Source of the DNA: Rhizophagus irregularis
Taxonomy: Eukaryota
Reading direction: 5' to 3'
Assembly (NCBI RefSeq): GCF_026210795.1
Contig: NC_089430.1
Coordinates: forward strand, 5,332,001 to 5,396,000
Length of the DNA: 64,000 nt
In this document: positions 11,538-26,460 of the stretch, piece by piece
Layout of the letters: every line of letters begins with the position of its first letter
Position numbering within the stretch: position 1 is the stretch's first letter
Made by a program: the position numbers and the translations under genes
The notes under the pieces: model-generated
What the model saw: the letters and a program-made list of their open reading frames with translations, nothing else
Databases searched by the model: none
Told to the model about the DNA's origin: nothing

Positions 11538-14500
11538 TTTTCAAAACCAACCTGTAATAAGCATACTTTACATTTTTTTTTTAATATCCTTCACAGAAGT
11601 TAAAGATTGAATTTAAATATTACCTAATGTATCGTGAAAAAAGTAGTATTTATGTAAAGTATACATGATATTTTATTATATTAAAAAGCCACAAAAATTT
11701 TAAAATGATAATTAATCTTATTTTTTTCAGATGATTCATTATACGATAAATTAGCTGAACAAATTTGGTCGCTATGGTGTAAAGACATTAAAATTCTTAT
11801 ATACACTTCATGATGACTAATGACTTCGGACTATGCGGAAATAAATTTAAAATTGTCCCGTTTGTGATGACGTTTTTATATCAATTATTGCAAGATGAGA
11901 ATAGTAAATTATAAAAAGATTCATATGTGAAATTCTGTCGCACAGAGCTACCAGCCCTGCCATGTGATCTTTTTAGCTGTCATGTGATTTTGAAGACCGA
12001 AATTCAAATCTGATTCGAAAAATTCCTATTACATAGCATAAATAAATCTACATACTTCAAAATGGTCATATAAATCCCAAAATCAAATTTATTATGCAAT
12101 GCAATCTACTGTACATACATAATATTTCGTGTAGTGTACAATATTTGCATCATTCGCATCAAGGTTTCAATACTAAAGTTACTTAATATCTACACTTCAA
12201 TTCAAGTCAATAAAATTATTTTAATTGACAAAAGTACAATTAGATATCAAGAAAAAAAATCTGCAAAAAAATTATGAATCTGTCTATGGTGATGATATTT
12301 ATTACATGTATTTTTAAGAGTAATAATATCAATATTTAAATAAAATGGGTACATAATTGTGTAACTTAACTTAATATGGCTGATAATAACTAAAAAAATT
12401 TAGTGATGTTTAGATTACCTCACCTGTATAAATAATTTGAATCGTATAACATAAAACGCGTGATGTGTCAGAAGAGGTGAATATTATGCTAATGAAAAAA
12501 GTTTAATGTTTCTTTCTAATCATATTTCATTTTCGGCCATTCTTATCTTCTTGAGATGATGCAATCAACCGCAGCAGATCGCATTGCTGAAGCTATCCTA
12601 TTTGCCTTTTTTTTTTATTTTTTCTTTAAATCCCTTTTCTTACTGGTTCTTATAGGCTAAATTTTTTTTTAAATATTTTTTTATTCTTTCAGTTTTTTTT
12701 TCAACCCGAAAAAAATTTTTTTATTTCTTACTTTCAATTTTTTTGTTTAATACCAAAAAGAATTTTTTTTAATTCTTTTTTATTTATTTTATTTTCAGTT
12801 TTTATTTCAATACTAAAAATAAACTTTTTTCAATTATTTTTTATTTTTTATTTTTTTTGGTTCAAACCAAAAATTATATTTTTTTTTAATCAATTTTTTC
12901 ATTTTCGGTTTTTTAGTTCAAATACCAAAAATAGAGATTTAATCATTTTTTTTTGTTTTTGGTTTTTTTTTTAGTTTAATAAATCAAATACCAAAAAAAA
13001 AAAATAATAATTTTGTTTAATTAATTATCTATTTTGGTTTAGTTCAGTTTTTTGCTATTATTTTTTTTTTATTGTTCATTCTTTATTGTGATTTTTTTTG
13101 GTTGTCTCCATCATTTATAGTAAAATTCTTTTAATTATAAATCACAAATCGGATATGTATCCATTGTAGGGACTTACCCGCACCTTTACGTACATGATAT
13201 GTTTAAATCATTGTCACCGGTATGTGTGCAGAAAAAATTTTATTATTAGTAAATAAAATACATATTTCCCAAGTTCAAAAAACGAAAGTAAAATGAAAAA
13301 TTCAAGAAAGAAAGAATTTCTTAGTTATGAAAAATAAAAATATATACTAAAACTAATAAATAAAATAAAGAATCAATAAAATTAAAAATCTCCTTTTCCA
13401 AACTGAATTTACTGATCTAATAACCTCAAAAACGCATAGTAACAAAATTTCTAATATAAATTTGTTCTACTAAATTCTATAATACAGTTTCGCGTTGATG
13501 GAATGATGGTAGGGCGTAATCACATTGGTTACACATTTCCAACTAAGTTAAATACCCCTGTAAATTATAACCCCTGATGGTTCACCAATGGATTAAGGTT
13601 ACTTCGGACCTCAAAAGGTCGTTAAAGTGGTAGCTTAAGGTCAATTCCGGACTAGAATTTGGAATCGATTAAGGTTAATCGATTAAAATTATCAACCCAT
13701 AATTCTGGTCAAATTATCTAATGCGGCCCAAGAGCTGTGAATTTTTGGCCACGTGTTCTCCGAACTTGGACGAATTTGTATTAATTTTTTAATGATAATA
13801 ATAAATAAGACTTTCCTATAACTAAATGTATGATCAAAAACAATTTGGTGCAATCTGCGGTCAAAAAAAAAAAAAAATTTAATATTTTCCGGATCGCAGC
13901 AAATTAAAAACAAAAAATTTTGTACGGCCAAATTAAATATAATACTGCGCCTCAAAATTAATAATATCATTGGATAAAGTCAGCCTCTACACCATGATCT
14001 ACCATACTTTTTCAGTATATTACGTATTAATTTTTCTTAAAAATATAATGATAAGCTTTTGTTAACAGGAAATATTTGAAGTAAAGGTGCCAGAACAAAC
14101 ATAAAAAAGTTTATGTAAAAGAAAGAAAAAGGAAAAGGCCATGGGTATAAATTTTACAATCCTGTTGCAACACAACAGGTTTTACAACTTGGCATTTTAC
14201 TAAGTATAATAAAAAGGACATTATTTTTTTTCAAGTAATACAGAATCAAAATTGGACATTAATCGAATGTAGCATTTATTTTTTCTAAGGTTATATTATA
14301 GTTTAAAATACATTTATTACATAATTAGCTTTAACCTAAAATATCAACTTTTTAAAAAAAAATATTATAATATTTAATATAAACGAAATAATATTAATTT
14401 ATATTTTTTATTTCAATAATAGAAAATAAATTAAGTAATGAAAAAATTCAAAATCAATTTGTTAAAAAATCTAATTTCTTCATTCCTGAGAATGCAAAAT

Positions 14501-15383
14501 ACGATGGAAAAGATCAAGATGGTGGTAACTATATATCAACCTCGATATAATTTTTGATCTGAAGAATTCAACATGATTTATGATTTTAAATACGCAATCG
14601 TTAATACCAGATGATGCTGATAATGTTGATTTCAATAAGATCTTAAAAAGCGAATCAAATATACTTAATTTCCGAGGAGTTATCACCGACCATGTGGTAA
14701 CAAAAATTTTTTTTTTTAAGAAAAAAATAGGGAGGCTTTAATAACGGCCATTTAAAATTAAAAAAAGCAATTCTCTATAATTGGCTGGAAATATTAACGG
14801 TGGATATATTTTGGGAGTAAAAGCATTTGTCAAACTGAAAGGTAAATAAACAATTCTTACAATGTGTGACCAAGTCAAATGAACTATATAAAATTTATCT
14901 TTATTTATTAGTGCGTATACATTTTTTTTTTATATTGCCCGGCTAGGCTAATAAATCTGAAAATTTTATTCTGCCATTATGATTTCAAATTGCACAAAAT
15001 AAATATATTGAATAAGATATTTCAATTTTTAAAATCCTTTCAAATTCTGTATTTTTCTAAATTTCAATATCAATTTATTTAACCAAATAATATAAAATAA
15101 ACAAATATATAATTTAAACATCTGATCAATAAAATTTAAAACCCTATTTCGTAATTCTCATTATCATAACTAAAAAAAAATTTTCCCTTCTATTTAGTGA
15201 AGTGAAACAAAAAGAAAATACTCTATTTTAAAACATTTTGACGTTAATGTTTAAGAAAAACCAACGTTAAACAGAGTTTTAAATTGTAATGATTTAATTA
15301 AAAAAAAAGTTTTCAAAAACCCATATAAATACTAATGACATAAATAGTATTTGTAATATTTATAACTAACAATTAAAATTAGT

Positions 15384-17464
15384 TTATAATATTTGTTCGA
15401 AACTTTTTCTGGGCTTATTAAATTCGATACTTTGAACCTAAAAAAAACAATATATTGAAAATGAATAATAAGCAAAATCAATCATTAACCATATTAATAT
15501 CTAATTGAGAAATATCAATTTGTAAAGATTCTATTTAATAAGTAAAAATTTATTAGTTAATATCTTTTAAAACTAATTTACATTTTAAAAACGAAATTAT
15601 TAAACGATACCTGAAAATTTCTCACTAATTATATTATCATTTTGTTCATAATAATCGTCAGAATTTTTTGGTTCGGGAAGATTATTAAAATCAAGTAATC
15701 TACTTGTATAAATAGCTTCTGAATGTGTATTATATGATATTCCTAAATTATTTGAAGTTATACCGCTATTTGACGAATTATTGTTTATTTCATCTGCTTC
15801 CTTAATTTGTGCTTGTAATTCTATTGTTTGTTTATCATTTGGTTCATATTGCCATCTAAGTAAAATATTGTATATGTCTTCTGCTGTTGGTCGATTTAAC
15901 GGATTAGAGTCTAAGCATTTTTTAATTAAGTGCACAATTAATTGCGGCACTTTAATGTTAAACCTTGGTCTAATTCCTTTGCAAACTTTTATTGCTAAAT
16001 TATTATCATGGTTTAAATCATGATATGGGGGTAATCCAGAAATTACTTCATACATTACTATACCAAAACTATAAATATCGGCAGCTGTTGTATAATTTTG
16101 TCCTCTTAAAATTTCAGGAGCTATATAAGGTAAAACACCATATTTCTTATTTTTCGTATTTTCTGATGTATAACAATCTGCAGGCTTACATAATCCCATA
16201 TCAGTTATAGTAGTTTTATTTTTAAACTTTAATATATTTCCAATATGTAAATCTCGATGAATTAATTCCTTTTCATGAATACATTTAAGTCCAATAATAG
16301 TATAATGTAAATATTTAAACATTTCAATCCAATTAAGCTTATTATATTCTTTATCTAAATAATTTCGTAAACTTCCATCTTCTGCATATTCTAAGACCAT
16401 TATATAATTTTTCGTTTTTGGATCCTGAGTTATTCCATATAATCTGACAATTGCATTATTATCCATTTTCACTTTATTATGAAGCATGATCTATGATGTA
16501 AATGTAAAAATACAAAATATATTAGTAAAACCAACAATCTAGGTATTATGATCAAAAATATTATACTAAATTAATCAAATTATACCTCATTCATAAATCC
16601 TAATGTAACATTTTTTGAATTGTCTAAACTTTTCAGAGCTACAAACATATCTTTATTATATCTTTTCCAATTTTGGTTACTATTATCCCAACCAGCTAAA
16701 TAACCATCAATCCAATTTGCTCTATATACTTTACCAAACCCACCTTTTGCAGTATATATAATATCATAAAATCTATCATGAGGTATCCATTCTAAAGCAT
16801 TTGTAAATAGTTCAATATTATTATGTATTAATAGCTGACTGTCTTGAATAAATATATCAATATCATCATTACCACTGGTCCAATTTTCAAAATTTTGTTG
16901 AAAATGCATTGCATAACATGTATAATTACATTTTTTACATATAGTATTATTCATCAAAACCATCATGTAACTTTTTGTTTCTGGATCTTGAGTTATTCCA
17001 AAAGGTATATTAATCTACAAATACAAATATATTAGTAGAAATTAAAAATTTCAAAATTTAATTCATTATCATACCTCATCCATAAGTTTTATTCTAATAT
17101 TTTTTAAATTATTTAAACTTTTCAGAATTACATTTTTACTTCCATATCTTTTCCAATTTTTATTTTTATTATTCCAACAACTTATATTTCCATCAATCCA
17201 ATTTGCTTTATACACTTCACCAAATTCATCTTCTGCAATATATTTAATATAATACAATCTATTATAGGGTATCCATTCTAATGCTTCTTTTAAATCATTA
17301 TGAGATGATAGCTGAGTATCTTGAATAAATTTGTCAATATCATTATTACCACTAGTCCAATTTTTGAAATTTTGTTGAAAACGTATTACGTAACATATGC
17401 GATTACATTCTTCACATTTCTTGACATGTGATAAATTAGTTGTTTCCTTAATACCTAAATCCAT
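15384..17464 (-). CDS. TKL-type protein kinase with 2 N-lobe repeat exons (kinase gene 1, ~597 aa)
   Basis: Exons 17464-17075, 17014-16586, 16490-15611, 15530-15490 and 15437-15384 splice in frame through GT-AG introns. Motifs: KGGFGKVY, VALK, HRDLHIGNIL, DMG, APE, DIYSFG. Confidence 0.88.
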
Positions 17465-20400
17465 TGACTTTTTAAGTTATTAATAATAAAGTCAGGTTTA
17501 TAGGTCATCTAAAAAATATAAAAAAAGTGAATGAATTAAATTTTTTTTAAGCTTAAAAAATTTTAAGGAATTTTTTGGATGCACAATTGCACATTATGTG
17601 CAACAAAATCCTTTTTGTTTACGGGTGTCGATCAAATATTAGTATTCATTGTCTCACTATGTAGATCACGTAAAGATTCAAAAATCTTTTCTAAAAACCT
17701 ATGCAAAACTATAAACTGAAAAACTTGGAAAACTAATCACTCCCTCCTCAACCTTGAAGGATACATATAATGAAAAATCCCAGTGAACAATTAACTATGC
17801 ATTAATTTGGCCATGGGTCAACTGTATACCGGTCAATTTGTCCAATGGACAAGTTGACCTGCTTACATAATTAAGATCATCCACCGATTGCAAAAAAAGA
17901 ATTCTAAAACAATATAATAAAAATACACTAACAATACAATATATTATAACGATATTAAAAAAAACTATCTAATAAATCGATATAATATTAATAGTAAAGA
18001 TAATAAAAATAAAACTAACTAATTTTGAAATTATAGAGTGATTAGTAATTATTACCTAAGACAAATGATCAACCGATTTCGTAATACGATGATGCGATTG
18101 CACGGAATTTTTCGGATGTCGATCTAAAAGTTAATCGAGAACTTCTAAATAATGAACAAATTTTGAGTTCAAATTTGGGTAAAATAGGTTAAAACTATTA
18201 AATGGTTAAATTTGGATATCTTAAAATTACGTCTTTATTAAAAATTTTTTGCATCGTTTGACACACATATAAACTAGTGAAATAACAGATGACTTTCATA
18301 ATCACTTACAGTACAACTTTCTTAATATTTAACAAAGTTGAAAAACAAAGTTATATTTAAAAGGAATTTAAATAATAAAATAATAAAAAAAGCCTTTTCA
18401 TATTTAATCTGGCACGAACATCAAGATTAAGATCAATTTGATGGGTCGAAGACTATTTGATAAATAGATTCACGTTTCTATTATATATTTAAAAATTAGT
18501 ACATTTAAAAAATACCGCATGTGGCAAAATTGAAATTTTTCAAAAGATTTACAGTACGTAGAAGTCGTAGCATTAAGGTTTGTAATTTATTTTACATGAT
18601 GATATATACTTAAATTTACATACGTTAGATTATTTTAAGTTTATCAGAATATTTAGTAATCACATAAAGATGATTATAATGCTTTTCTTGCTTTTATTTT
18701 TTCCACCCTCTGTAAAGTTTAAAAAAGATAGTCTGATAGTCAATTTTTAGGAACAGGTAGAAATTATTTTTATATTTAAAATATGGATAATAAGAAACTT
18801 TGGTGATAAAACTTATTCATCATTGTCAATATATAATTTTATCAGGTTGAAATTGTGTTTTTTTCGAAGGGTTTTTTTAATACTTCACTTCGTTATTTTA
18901 TTCTATTAGTCTGAATAGTAATTTATAATTTAGAAATTTCTTAGCACATTTTTTTATCATCATACAACATTAAAAAAGAGTCTTTTTTCATTAGATGGCA
19001 AATTAATAAATTAAAAATTTAAACAAATAAAATAAAATATTAATTATTTATATATGTATTGCCTGTGATAAGAGTATTTCCGCTATTTAATTACTATTTC
19101 TACTACGAGTGCAACGTAAATTAGCGACTCAAAAAAGTGACTAACATAAATGGAAAACATAAGTACGAACCATATGATCCAGTTTTTTTATTAAGAATAT
19201 AAAAGAATTTTTTTAAATAAAAAAAAATGAAAAAGAAAAACGTAACCAAAAATTTAAAGGATAGAATGAAACAATGATTTTTTCTTAATACAAATCATTT
19301 ATACATAAGTGTAATATATATTGATAGTATATTATACACATTTGTTGTATAAGAATAATACTAGTATTTATATTAATGTTCCTAGGGTAAATTATTGTTG
19401 CTTTGTACTAAAAATCTTCTTTTTGTTCCTTTAGGAGCTGGATATTGTAAAAAAAAAAATGGGGTAACTCGATTGTCATAGAATTTTTTTTTTTTTCAGT
19501 TAGAAATTCTGATTTTCTGAAATTTAATTTTTTTTTATATTTATAAACCTATATAATTTATTTATACAATACTAATTTACCAATTGTTTAATTTTCATTT
19601 TACTATCTATCATGCATGAAAACGAATTAGTAATAAAAAATTAGGTTAATAAGATAATAGTTAAAAAGTCATGATTATAATTATAATAAATCACTATTTA
19701 TCGTTATAACTGGTAAGTTAACTTTGAAGTTCATTCATATAAAATTATTCCAACTATGGTTTAATATAACTGAACATTAATATATTTGTTCAGCTATTTA
19801 CAGTACTGCGTAATAAGTAAAAAAAATAAAAAAAAAATTGGGTTTAAACATTATATTTAAAGTACGTTAATATCAAGATTAATTTCTTTGGTGACTCATC
19901 TTTATAAACCGAAATTAGATAAAAATTTTATAATGCTGACTTATATTTGTAAACATATATTTGCTTATCATTATTACGAGATTTATTGGAACTCATACTA
20001 ATATCTAATTCAATTTCTTTTGTATAGTAATCTATAAATCATAAAAGAATCAATTAAAATTATGAAATGAATATGTTATTGTTATATGTAATTTTATTTA
20101 CCACTATTTCATTTTCTTCTTTTGATACTTTGATCTAAATAATGTGAATTTTAAAATAGTAGAAAGTATAATAAAAAAAATAATAATTTATTAAATTGAT
20201 TATCGTACCATTGTCATTACTGTTTTCAACTGAATCATATTCAAAATTTCTTTTATGTTTAAAATATGATTAATAATAAGTAATAACATAAACATAACAT
20301 GATTAAACAAAAACTGAATAATTATCAGTAGATATTAAATTATTTTCTGATAATAATAAAATGGATCTAAGGATTGTTTAAAAATAAATAATTTTCTTGC

Positions 20401-20559
20401 AACAAATAATACAATAAAAACTGTTACAGATAGATTGATTCCTTGAACTTTTTAAAGACTGCAGATTGAATCAGCGACTTAATGGTCTATTCTTAAAAAT
20501 GGCACCTAGACTATTTATTGTTGTAGGTCCAATATCTGATGATTCTACAATTTTATTTT

Positions 20560-21250
20560 GATTTAAACTCATATACTTGATAAAATTTATGATTATAATT
20601 AGCTATTGATCTTTTGCCGGATCGGAATGCCAACATCTCTTCATTAATTCAAAATATCCTTCAGATGCATTTGTAGCAATTGGTAGTCGTAAACCATCAC
20701 ATATTTTTATTATAAGTTATTACTTAAATAATGTATCAAATAACCCTAACTATTATAATCTTCATATCTTTAGTAATAGGATCGTGAGTAATTAGTAATT
20801 CCAAAATATTCACTAACGTCATTATTATTTATATTATTATTTGATAAAATTTGATAATATACCTTAAGCAATAAAAAAAATATTAATTTGTCATCGTCAC
20901 GTTGAATATTGCATGTACCGTACCTCGTTAAGTTAGTTCCTTGGATGTAATGTTTTTAGAATTGTTAAGTTTTTTGAGAGCAGTATAATTATTCTCACGA
21001 ACAATACTATTAGTATTTCTAAAGTGGTTCTTATCAATTGGACCATCAACTCATATAGCTTTATAAATTTTATTAAATCCTCCTTTGGCAATAAATTCTA
21101 TATTTTTAAATTGATCATAGGGAACAAACCCAACATCTCACGTCTTATACTTGTAACAAAATCAACTTGTGTACATCTAATCATGTTATCAATGACTTTA
21201 TTTCCACTTGAATTATCTCTGAATATCTCGACAAGTCTTATGATTTTCAT
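20560..21250 (-). pseudogene. Degenerate protein kinase relic
   Basis: Minus strand reads VPYDQFKNIEFIAKGGFNKIYKAI*VDG (~21041-21125) and LIIKICDGLRLPIATNASEGYFELMKRCWHSDPAKRS (~20607-20717). It contains stops, and the catalytic middle is not visible. Confidence 0.7.
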
Positions 21251-22367
21251 TTATAGTTTTTCTTTCCTTACATTTTTTACATATTATTTTTTCTTTATTA
21301 AGAATAGTTAGTGCTAGCCGACTTAAGGGTATATTGTTTGATACCGAAATCAATATTTGTAGGTTATTAATTGTTCTATTCAAAAAATTTATAATTTATT
21401 TGTAGAAGAAAACCTTCTAGTACATATATTTAGATAAAGAATTCCCCCTTCGAATTCTTCCTTATTGAAATTTCTAAATAATTATAGTACACAATTGATC
21501 TAGAAGTTCATCATGAAAAGATTTTGAATGAACTTTGATAAGAATTCCATGAAAGAATAAGAGAATTCTATAGATGACAGTGATCAAAGCATGTCACGGC
21601 TGTCACGTGGGATAGTTTACAATAATATTGTGCGTATATTCCGTTTTTTCCATTAAAACCAAATTATTGATGTTTGTGCAACAACCCTCGTAATAAGTTA
21701 AGTTTGACTATATTTTTCACTTAAGTATAAGTTCTTATATTAAACTTCAATAAAGATTTAAAAAGAGTAAATAAATTTCATAAAAAACAACCACATAATA
21801 TTAATGAACAAATTTTATTATAATATATTAAAATATTTCTTTTATTTGATTTTTTTTTCCCCACTTCTACAGCCGCAATTATAAAAATTAAATTATTAAT
21901 AAGTTAATTAAGTTCAATGAAAGTTGTTTAAAAATCAACTATTTGACTTAAATTTTTTTTTTTTATTAACGTTAATAATTTTAAATTTATCTTATTTTAA
22001 TTTGCGTAACAAGCTTAAAACACATTGGATTAGATAAAAAAAAAATTAACGAATGGCCAAGAATGAAACACGAATAAAAAGTCAAATTTAAACTTTTTTT
22101 CGTTAGTAATCTAAAGTAAGAGACTGAAAAATCCTTTGCGAAGAATATAGACTTCAAACTTTAAATTCTACTCTTAAAAATTCAATAAAGATTTCTATAT
22201 CTGAGTTTTCAACTAAAAGTCATGTTTGTATGTTGATGTAGATGATTATATCAATTTATACAGTTCGAAGGAATAAATAATGAAATTAATAAAAAAGGTG
22301 ATTAAAAGCTTATATGAGAAATTTCAATCGCACAGACATGCCATGTTGCAATATTGCATAATTATAT

Positions 22368-22591
22368 AAGGACCCCGAGTTATACATAAAAAGGTAGGGT
22401 AAGGGTTTGCGTAGAATTGACAAAAATAATCATGTAGATCTTTCCTTTTATAGATAATTCCGGCCGGATTTTATTTCTTTTTTAGACACTGACTGGCATT
22501 ATTATAATTCCGGCCCTGAAAAAATGTGTAGGGCTAATAGTAATTTTTTTTTGGCTGCACCTTACCTCTATATATATAGCTCGGGGTCCTT
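22368..22591. mobile_element. MITE (~224 bp)
   Basis: TIR AAGGACCCCGAG...CTCGGGGTCCTT extending imperfectly to ~30 bp; ATTATAT on both sides (22361-22367 and 22592-22598). The exact TSD length is ambiguous. Confidence 0.75.
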
Positions 22592-23025
22592 ATTATATAG
22601 TGATTTACAAATTTACGTTACTTTTTCTTTAAACTTAATATAATTTAATTCGATGGTAAAGAATATTAATTTTGATTTCGTGAAACGAAAATGAAATAGA
22701 AAATAGAAAATGTTCGATCATCAACTAATATATTAACGTAATTTGATAAAATTCAATGTCCAATAAGATATATTAATTATATAATCGAAATCAGATGAAA
22801 GAGTTTGAAATTCAGGATAAAACATTATCTAAATTCCCACTTACTTTAACAAGAGATAATAAAATTAAATTTGGTTATTACATTTAATAGAAAATATTTC
22901 ATAATTGTAGTAAAAATAATTGAGAAATTGTATTTTTTAATTTTCAATGAATCACTCATTTAGTGCAAAAAGTACTTTATTAGATTAATGTTTCGACTTT
23001 TTTCACTATGTAAGTCTGAGATGTA

Positions 23026-26000
23026 TAGTGTTTCGATCCGGATAGAAACCGTTATCCGGATAAATTAAAAAAATTATCCGGTTTTTATCCGGATAATCCG
23101 GTTCGGATAAAAATCCGGATATATCCGGATAGAAACCGAAATCCGGATAAAAATTATACAATTTTTTTTTTGTAAATCAAGAAATTTATAGCATATATTA
23201 GATTTAATTCATAGCATAGATTTAATTAAATTCGTGGCATTTTGATTAATTTTGTGGCTTAAATGTGTGGCTTTGTTAATTAGTTTCGTGGCACCTATTT
23301 AAATAATTTCGTAGAATTTATTTAATTAATTTTGTGGCTTAAATTTATGGCTTTATTTAATTATTTTCGTGGCATTTGCTTAATTAATTTCGTAGTGTTT
23401 ATTAGTTTAATATCATAGTATTTTCTTAATTAATTTTGTAATTAACTTCATTTATGTCTTTGTTTAATTATTTTCGTGGAATTTGTTTAATTAATTTCGT
23501 ATTATTAATTTCATGGAATTTATTAAATTTGTAGCAATAAAATTTTGTAAAATTTTACAATATTAATCAGGTAAATTTATTATTTAGACCTATTGATTTA
23601 TGACAATTATTATTTGTTTATTAAAACTTTTACAAATAAAATCACAGTTAATTCAGTTCTAACTTCTAAGCCATAATAAAGATTAATAAATACTGTACAT
23701 TCCCTTGTTGAATTTTTCATAATTTCAATTAAAGTTTATTTTATTGAAAGCTAAAATAATTCACAAAATTATGGAAAATAACAATGATCAAGATTACATT
23801 ATTACCTTAAGTGAAAATGAAGGTTCTAGTGATGAAATTGTTGAAATTACTCCAACACCACTAGCAAAGCAAAAAAGAGGACGTCCTGCAAAATTATCTA
23901 AAGCCCTTGGAAAACAAAAAATGACAAATACTACACTAGAATCAACAGATCGAGCACCAAATGATTCAAATCCCTTTAAACAAACTGCTGCAATAATTAA
24001 ACCACAAACAAAAGTAAGTTGGGTATGGGATTATTTTATTAAAAAACAAAATGATAAAGGAGAAATACGTGCATATTGTCAGTTTTTATTAGATGATGGA
24101 GAAAAATGCTCAAAAAATTACAAATATGATGGGTCTACAGGAAATCTCAGTTACCATCTTGTTAAACATGGAATTATACCACCTCTAGAAAGCGGCATTA
24201 TATCACCAATGCATACTCAATCTGCATCCAATAAAAATGGACAAAAAGAAAAAGAATTATCAACACTACGGTGGATTTTACTTACAACTCAACCATTATC
24301 AACCATAACTCAAAAGGCATATATTGAGCATATGTATATTATAGATCCACAATTTACAGTTCCTGGAGAAAAAAAATTAAGAATGATGATTGCTCGCAGT
24401 TATGGGTATAATAAAGAAAAATTGAAACTGCTTTTAAAAACTGCTCAATCAATATCTTTAACTACTGATTTGTGGTCTTCTCGTTCAAAACATGGATATT
24501 TAGGCTTAACAGCAACTTGGATCAATAAAAATTTTGAAATAATGGATGTTTTGCTTGAAATATCCTATTTTCCAACACCACATACTGCAAAAGCAATTAC
24601 TGAAGGTATTAAAAATGCTATGCAAAAGTGGGAAATTGAAAATCTTGTTGTATCAATAACAACAGACAATGGAGCAAATGTAGTAGCTGCTATTCGAGAT
24701 TTAACACCAATTAAAAGACTCTCATGTGCTGCTCATACTTTGCAGCTGGCAATTAGTAAAGGATTAAAAGTTGTAGAAAATTTGGTATCACGTACAAAAC
24801 AACTAATAAATTTTTTTTCTACTCAAAAACAAATTGAACGATTGATTAAAGTGCAAAAAGAGATTGGTTATGAAGAACCATTACATTTAATACAAGATAT
24901 ATCTACTAGGTAAATATTTTAATTCAATTTAATTATTTAATAAATTTTATCCTAATTTATATAATTATTGTTGTTTAATTACTTAAGGTGGAACTCTTCA
25001 TATTTGGCATGGGATCGGCTGATTTTTCTTCAATATGCTGTGCTTCAACTTAGTGTAAACTTGTCTTGTTCTCTTATATCTGAAGAAAAAACTGATGGAA
25101 TTAGATTAAAAAAAATTATGATAAAAGATAATGAATGGGAGTTATTAGATGAATTATGTAACATTTTGGCACCATTTGAGAAAGCTACACGAGATTTTTC
25201 TGGAAATACTTATGTTACATTAAGTCAAATGTTTCCTATTATTACAGATCTCACAAATTCTTTAAAACCATCTGATAATTCATATGAAGTATTAGAAGAT
25301 TCTGATGATAATACTATTAATTCTGATATAGTAGAAGAAGAAAGTTCACAAATTGAAGTAGATTATAGTAATATTTCAGAAGTATTAAAAAATGTAAAAA
25401 ATAAAATTTATTTAGGTTTGAAACATTATTGGGCAATGCCAGATGAGTTTGGCATTATGGCAGCACTTTTGGATCCAAGGTATAAAGATCTTAATTTTAT
25501 AACTGATGAAGAAACAAAAGTAAAAATTCATTCAAGTTTACAAATACAATATGATCAATTAAAGAGAGAAATGCAGCAACAAACTAGTACTCCACCATCA
25601 CCCACAATTTCAACAATTTCAACTACCTCAACAAGTTCAACTCCTAGCATGAGATCTTTACATGAGCATCAAGAAAGACGTCAACAAAAAGTAAAAAAAG
25701 TGTTTCAAACAAAAGAAAGTTCTACTTCATCATCAGCAATAGCTGATGAAATTACTACTTATTTTCTTTTACCAGTTGCTAGGGAAAATAAAAACCCATT
25801 AGATTGGTGGAAATCAAAACAGGAAATTTTTCCAGTTCTTTCTATTATTGCACGAAAATATTTAGGAATTCCTGCTACTTCTGTAGCTTCTGAACGACTT
25901 TTCTCAGATGCAGGAAACCACATTACAGCAAAAAGAAGCTTATTGGATCCTGCTTTATTAGGTAAAATGGTATTTTTAAAACGTAACATGAAAACTATGG

Positions 26001-26460
26001 ATCATATTAATATATTTCCACCAGATTTGGATGTGGAAAATAATGATTATGTGGAAGATGAACACGAATTGGAAGAATTATTAGATGAATGATATTACAT
26101 TTTTCATTATTATTTTTATTAAATGTATTGAATTTTATTCTATTAAATATTTTTTATTAAATGTATTGAATTTTATTTTATTAAATAAAGAATTTTATTA
26201 TAAGAATATTTACATGTTTTTAATTATTAAATTATTCTATCATATACTTTGAAATAAAAATGAAAATTAAAAGAACTATTATTTAAGATATTTAATATTA
26301 AAAAATTTTTTTTTTTATATTTTTTATCCGGATACCGGATCTGACCCGGATATTTTTATCCGGATAATTATCCGGATAAAAACCGCGTTTATCCGGATAT
26401 CCGAAAAAAATAAATTATCCGGGTCCAACCGGTTGGACCCGGTCACGGATCGAAACACTA
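23026..26460 (+). mobile_element. Complete hAT-superfamily DNA transposon (3,435 bp)
   Basis: Perfect 15-bp TIRs TAGTGTTTCGATCCG (23026-23040) and CGGATCGAAACACTA (26446-26460); perfect 8-bp TSD GAGATGTA (23018-23025 and 26461-26468); many subterminal ATCCGG(AT) motifs at both ends. Confidence 0.97.
23771..26092 (+). CDS. hAT transposase with BED zinc finger and C-terminal dimerisation domain (~747 aa, two exons)
   Basis: Exons 23771-24909 and 24988-26092 (78-bp GT-AG intron) rebuild STRWNS. Motifs: AT-hook-like KRGRP, BED-like WDYF..C..C..HLVKH, TTDLW, TTDNG, CAAH, LDPRYK, PLDWWK, PATSVASERLFS. Confidence 0.95.

Noticed and set aside
13555..13690. Possible hammerhead ribozyme near CCCCTGATGG
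   Set aside because: The core would need CTGATGA...GAAA with flanking stems; these are not present.
15781..16210. Plus-strand ORFs overlapping kinase exons (also 16844, 32879, 33863, 34368, 43193, 56677, 59475)
   Set aside because: Antisense shadows of the kinase coding sequence.
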